DNA of 64,000 bases from Amoebophrya sp. A120 (Eukaryota; Protista; Dinoflagellata), in assembly GCA_905178155.1 (NCBI GenBank), contig CAJINV010000005.1, forward strand, positions 4,443,556 to 4,507,555. The letters are read 5' to 3'. Of the stretch, positions 58,201 to 64,000 are shown in pieces. Each line of letters opens with the position of its first letter. The stretch's first letter is position 1. The notes below the pieces were generated by a model. It did not search any database. It saw only the letters and a program-made list of their open reading frames with translations, and was not told the origin of the DNA. Position numbers and translations under genes: made by a program.

Positions 58201-60124
58201 TGAGAGCCATTTCCAATCGTGTTTTGGAATTTGTGATGCTGTGAACAGGATGAGCAGATGAATCTGTGACGCGGCTGCACTTGCTAACCTGCACTACACT
58301 GCGTAATGCAATTTGTCATGCGTGACTCACAAAACTCCCAGGTTTGTGTTGCAAAATTCCCACCCTGACTCTGGTGTGGGTACGTTTTTACTCAGGATAT
58401 TGACGCGCATTTGCGCTGACGTGGGGCGGATGCCGGTTTTGGAGAGGTTGCTGGTCCTGGCGCGGAAGGAGGACGGCTTTCAGTTCGACGTGTCACAGCA
58501 GACTGAGGTCAACCAAGGCCGGGGTATGGCCATGGAGCACATGCAGGCGTGGGCGCTGAGTCGCAACGTGGCTGCCGGCGGCGCCACAGCCGAGGACGGC
58601 TCTTCGGGTGTGGATCCGGCCCTGGGGGCCCTGGTGCCGAAGAGGAGCGGGCCAGAGTTCGACTACGCTGGTGCAGCGGGAGGTGCCAGTGACGGAGAAG
58701 AGCAGAAGGGTGCCGAGGTCGACGACCAGTGGAAAAAGAAGCTCAAGACCCTGTTCAAGCAGCTGGCGAAAAAATGGCACCCCGACAAGTCGCGGGATAC
58801 CTGGTTGTCAGCAAAGTTTCAGGAGGCCGCGAAGAGCTACGCGCAACTGGTTAAGGGCGAAAAAGGGGATCCTGACGAGGACGGGGACCATCCCGAGGCT
58901 ACGGGGGACGCGACCGACATCTTTGGCGAGTTCGAGTCCTTCTCCGCTGAAGCAGATGCAGGTAGGAGCAGTGCGTACGGGGATCCGGAAGACCAGGTGC
59001 TATTTGTCGAGGACGTGGCGAGGAAGAAGTTCCAGAATTATCCACAGTACCTGCCGCCCCCGGATCTGGTCATTTTCACCTACCAGGACTGCCACAACTC
59101 GTGTGTGCGGCGGTTCATCCGGTTCCACCTGAACATCAAGCACTTCATCCTCATCGTCGAGCACGAAATCCACATGATGAAGAAGCCACTGTACCACTTC
59201 GCCCGCCTGGGCTACGTTATCGACTTGATTCAGCCCATCGACACCAGTCCGCACGTGAACCGTTTGTGCGCGATTTTCAGTCTGCGCTACGTGGAAAAGC
59301 GGCGCAGGCACCCGGGCCAGCAGCGTTACATGGCTCTGCTGGAAGGGGGCGACTGCACGGAGCGGTCGCTCTTGGCGCAGAAGGAGCAGCTCCTCCAACT
59401 TGCGAATCCACAGCGAAAGCAGCTCAGCTCGGGCAGACCCAACCTCCTCCATATCTCGGCAGGAAACACACCAGACGAAGCTTCCAGGACTCGCGACGGT
59501 GGAAACTACGGTGGGAGGACAGCAGTGAATAGCGCCGAACACATCGAGGAGGCACAAGCTCTGCTCGCGGGCGCTGGCCCGACACACCAGCCGGGAAGCA
59601 GTCCGAACCAACTGACTTTGGCCGCGGTCACCTCGGAAACGACGCTATTGGAACCTCTTAGCTTCTCCGATGAGGACCACGAGGAGACGAGACCGCGCGA
59701 CGAAGTCAAAGACGCGGAAGAGCAGCAGCCTTTGGATTTCGGTAAGGATAAGAAGCAGCGAGCAGCGCTTCTTGCGACTCGGCAGGGCAACCTCTTCTTC
59801 AATGTGCTAGGGGAACAACGGCGAGTAGAAGAAGACGAGCAGTGCTTGAGGCTAAAGGCTGGGAGCGAGAAGAGGACGAGGAAGGCTGAGGAAGACCAAG
59901 GCTCAACGAAAAAGATTGAGATGCAAGAGCGGTTGATGCAGGTACTGTCGCCTGCAGACGGGGGAATGCGCTCATCTGGAACTTTTGGGTGTTTTACAAG
60001 CACAAAGTCGGAGCTCGGGGGTCGAGGGAAAAAGAAAGATCTAGCAGATAAACTGCGGGGAAAGGCCCCGGAGCACGCGGAGCCCAAAAAGCCGAAATCC
60101 GCAAGAAGATGGATTACAAAATGA
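55254..60124 (+). CDS. RlmD/TrmA-like m5U RNA methyltransferase homologue (probably inactive) with an inserted J-domain; 5' exons unresolved (possibly from ~54052)
   Basis: CPHVGECGGC..YARQLIEK; C-terminal GYVIDLIQPIDTSPHV; J-domain LFKQLAKKWHPDK..AKFQEAAKSYAQL. Confidence 0.65.
55843..56071. mobile_element. introner element, TSD GTTCT/GATCT
   Basis: tatcagag...tctta termini with partial IR ccccctctgtc / gacggggaggggg; excision is in frame (KR-F/I-WLLCEN). Confidence 0.6.
58121..58399. mobile_element. young introner element with a perfect 32-bp TIR, TSD TTGAC
   Basis: tatcctgagtaaaaacgtacccacaccagagt with its exact reverse complement at 58368-58399; excision restores QPLT|RICAD. Confidence 0.95.
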
Positions 60125-61035
60125 AACATTGGATTTTCGTATATGTTTTACTTCTGCTACAAGGAAACGCATTTCCTCCATTTGATCGTGACCCCCTCGC
60201 GTGGAGGATATCCTCGTGTTAACAAGGAGAATCTTCTCACAGGTTCGCTGCTGATTTTGAGACAAAATGTCGTGTCAGGTGAAATTGAAGTTGCAAGAGC
60301 AAGCAAGCCAGATCCCACGGTCTTTGGTCGTCAACAGAAATATTTGATATGAGCATCTAATTGATGTCAGGAACCAACGTTGTTCACTTGCGCGAACAGA
60401 TCTAATAGTTGAGGGGGTTAGAGGTGTATCTTTGTTCTCGATCTGACACTCCGAAAAGATGGACAACATCTTAGCCTGGGTCCTTGACTACCAAAGAAGG
60501 TCATCAATTTGAGATTTTTTTGCTAGGAGGCGAAGTTTTCATTTTTTTGAAGTAATCGATCCTAATTCACGTTCTGCATGGATTTGTATTCGCTACATTT
60601 CGTCAAGCATTGCCACGACCAGTCATGAATCATTGTTGTCGACTTCATCTTGGGGTGACTTTTAGTGAAGGTTTGAGCTTGTTTTTGTTTGTGAATGAGT
60701 CTCGCATTATAGCTACGGGAGGTTTTTCGGAACCGCTTGCATTTTTGGGTAGAGTAGTCGTACGTCCGTCGAATGCAGAATTTTTTTCTAGCAATTTCAT
60801 CAAGCTTTGTACAATTATGCTGCACACACACTTCCTTGTTTTCCTCTGCTTGTTCGCATTGTAATTTTTATGGTTGCCAAACAAACCACTTATGATCTAA
60901 CAGCAAATTACTGATCTCTTTCTGCGAAAACGAGAAAAAGAAAACCCAACCAAACTCGCTCGGTCGAGCGTTGTTATACCAATCAGGACTCATTGTCATT
61001 CACCGCGCGGCTTCGGGTGTGCTCTCCTCGCCCAT

Positions 61036-64000
61036 CATGCACAAAAAAAACAAGGCCTCCCAGAAGCGCGGAGCACAAATACGAGCAACCTTGCTTACTT
61101 TTCCACTGGGGCTTTTTTTTGTTGCCACTTCGTCCAGTATCTTCGAGGCCACGCACGGCGTCACTATGACGCCCGGCAGAGGGAATACCGATAGGCAATC
61201 GCACCACGACGGCGCAGCACAACCAGAGAGCGGCGCAGGATCAGCGTCATCAAGCTACTACAGTAGATCGAGTCTGCAAGGAGCCCGAGGCGGCTTTTGT
61301 ACTACTTCGTGGCCAACTACACCAGCAGGTTCGTCGCAAGACACTCGCCACTCTACATGGAAAACAACAACAGTGAAGAACTGGAAAGAGGAGCACAATA
61401 GAGCAGATGTTAGCACCTCCTCCGGCTTTGCGGCGGCTTGTTCTCACGAGCCCGCAATGAGCCCCCCATCCCACAGCTACAAACAGCAATCCAATCGAGG
61501 TCCTCGTGACCGGCACGGAGGCTCCTGGCACACGGGCCAACCGCCAGGAAACTATGGAAATTTTAATCAGGCGCACCGGCGCTCAACCGGAAGTAAAGGT
61601 AGTACGTCAGCAGAACAAGTAGCTCCAGGCTACGCAGGGGCTGATGTGAGCGCGCAGCGACATTGGGATACGATTAGAGATGCAGAGCAAACGGATGCGG
61701 CAGTGATTAATGAGTGGATGCGAAATTGCGGCTTTCCCCATGGCAGGAGATATGGGTACTGCAGCACAGGAAGAGAGAGATGCAGCCAACCACAGGCGTC
61801 CTCATCAAGCAGCACCCGTCCTAACGAGGCGTCCTCATCTACTTGGGGCAACACCGTTGAGCGAAGTAAAGATATGACGAACGTGGCTCGGAGAGAAGAT
61901 CGTCGCTACGGCGGAAGTGAACACGGTAAAACTCCGACTGCACTGGGACCAAACGTCTCTCATCAAGAAAAAGGTCGTCAATATTCTATTCCGCCGTCGC
62001 TACCTGAGCAAAACAGTGGCGGACATACTACTGAAGCCCAACATGGCCTCTGGAATGAGGCTCATGGTGTTGAGGCAGATTCGGATGATGATAGTGCGGA
62101 GCCGGAATCGCCGGAGGATCGCAGAACAAGGTAAAATTTGAGGCGAAAATACAATGTTTTTAAGACCAAAAGAAAATGTTCGCTGGAAATGAATTGCCAG
62201 CTACTTACAACGAGCCGGAACATAAATAGTACGTCAAACAGTTACAACTCTCTCGCCTGAAAAAGCGAGCACCCGATTGATTTTTATCGAGTCACAGATC
62301 ACAGCCACAATAACACTTCGAAGATGCGTTGTGCCGCCGCATTGCTATTCTATCGTGATAGAACACCAAAAGGTGCGTTGGAGTCGATGCGCTCCTCGAA
62401 TGTATGCATCCAAAAACAATTATATGGTATCACTTAGTTTTGTGGACGTCTTCGCAAGAAAACGAAAACAGGCCGTTCCTGCGTGGCTGGCGTCCGTCCG
62501 ATCTTCCCGAATACGACGAATACCGACGAGATTGCCTGCGGTTTTCGGTCTGTCCTCCCGCTCCGCTTTGTAAAAGAGGCGCTAGTGGGCAGCCGACAAC
62601 CGCTACGGCAACGGCGGCCGCATCTGCACGCTGTCGAAAATCAGAGGACGGAACTAGTTCGGCACTTGCGCTCCATCCCGTAAAAAAAGCAGACACCGTC
62701 TCCGTTGATGGAGGAGCGGAGGACCCCCGCGCTGCCGCGAACGCAAGAAGGCAGGACTTGTCGCCTGCGGAAAAAGACTACGAAAGCATATGTGTCGACT
62801 GGGATCGCTTTGTGTCCGAAATTCACGCACACTGTCGAAGAAAGAAGCGAGGGTGCAAATCGGACTCCGAGGTTGCAAATGAGCTTGGGGGAAGCCCACG
62901 GCGTTTCCGCCGTGCGCGGCGCTTTCTGCTTGGACTGAGGGATGAGTTTTCTCGCGAATGCAGCAGGGCATCGGACTCATCTGAAGACGAGGGGATAGCA
63001 GGAAAAAAACCATCCAGAGCTGAAGAGGACAGAAGCCGCCGCGTTTACCCGGTGACCGATGAGCGGCAATCGCGGAAACAGCTCGCAGTATTTTGTGGTC
63101 GCGATGGAAGTCGCGAGCACGACCACGGGATGCGAGCTGGCCTGCCTCGCAGTCATATCGACGAGGAAAGTGATGTTGTTGCGAAAGGCCACTTTCCTGA
63201 CGGCGAGGCGAGAACATCCGACAACAGCTACGGGAGGAGCGATTTTTTCCCATCCAATGCAGCCGTGTACGATTGTGCCGAGTTGGAAGCACGCCTCGGA
63301 GACTTGCACCTTCACGGAGAATATGGATCGTAAAAATGTCTGGGTCTGGAAGAGTGCAAGATTTGTGATGCAGGTTTTCCATGGCCCATGAGGTCTGGAA
63401 TGCGAGACCCAGCATGACAGATTCTTTGAGGCCTCTATCATGCCTTTCCTGCATGAGAGACTCCCTCTCAACTTGGTCAAAAGCGGACAGCTTTTGGTAC
63501 TCACGCAACACAGATTTTTGCATCATTCAGATTTAGCATGACAAGCTCTAATCTTCCAGACCGAGACACTTTTACATTTGATAGAGAAGGACCACTTGCG
63601 GAACAACGGCAAGGACGGGATGATCCTGCTGGAGCACCAGCAGCGCCACACGAGGACGATTCTGAGGATCATGACCACGATGAGCAGGCGCAACTCCTGT
63701 TACACGCGGCCGGCCACAACGAGGATCTTTACACTTCTTCTATCGTCCAGCAAAACGTCCAGCTGCAGCGGTCGGAACAGATACAGCAAGCGCAGACTGC
63801 GTTCCAAAATTACCTCGCCCAGTTAAGCACCGATCCGGTGTACAACAGCATGTACCAGCGTGGCGTCGTGTATCACGTCTCCTGCCCGGTCCAGTGGTTA
63901 GACGACCAGCGCCTCCTCGCTGCCCCGATCTACCTCCGCGGCCCCCTTGTGCCGCAGGAAGCTGTTCCTCGGAAGTCCGCGCGCATGCCCTTGTCCGAGG
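61036..64000 (+). CDS. hypothetical low-complexity protein, possibly with an N-terminal signal/TM segment; runs off the window
   Basis: ORF 60971-62134 joins ORF 62404 via a GT-AG intron 62131-62471, and joins 63589-64000 via the introner at 63322. Confidence 0.55.
63322..63583. mobile_element. introner element (31037 family), TSD GAGAA
   Basis: tatggatcgtaaaaatgtctgggtctggaaga / tcttccagaccgagacacttttacatttgata; excision opens the frame to the window end. Confidence 0.9.

Overview
Eukaryotic genomic DNA, most consistent with a dinoflagellate-lineage parasite such as Amoebophrya (inferred from gene organisation, not from a database hit). Every credible gene is on the + strand. The genes are an ion-channel fragment, an MFS transporter, a cytochrome-b5/2OG-Fe(II) oxygenase fusion, a WD40 protein, a DnaJ/DnaJ-X protein, a TRPV-like channel, a multi-pass membrane protein, an RlmD/TrmA-like protein with an embedded J-domain, and several hypotheticals. 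Two systems stand out. (1) About 27 MITE-like insertions with TAT...ATA terminal inverted repeats and a fixed 5-bp target-site duplication (TSD). Most lie in coding sequence, where removing the element plus one TSD copy restores the reading frame without GT-AG ends, and related copies occur in both orientations (introner-type non-canonical introns). (2) A 10.7-kb tyrosine-recombinase retrotransposon (37310-47992) inside a host intron. Its split direct repeats carry the circle-junction copy at the 5' end, it has a TATAG crossover core, and its ORF order is unusual (unknown ORF, YR, CCCH-finger Gag-like, RT/RNase H). All splice models were derived by hand and need RNA-seq confirmation.
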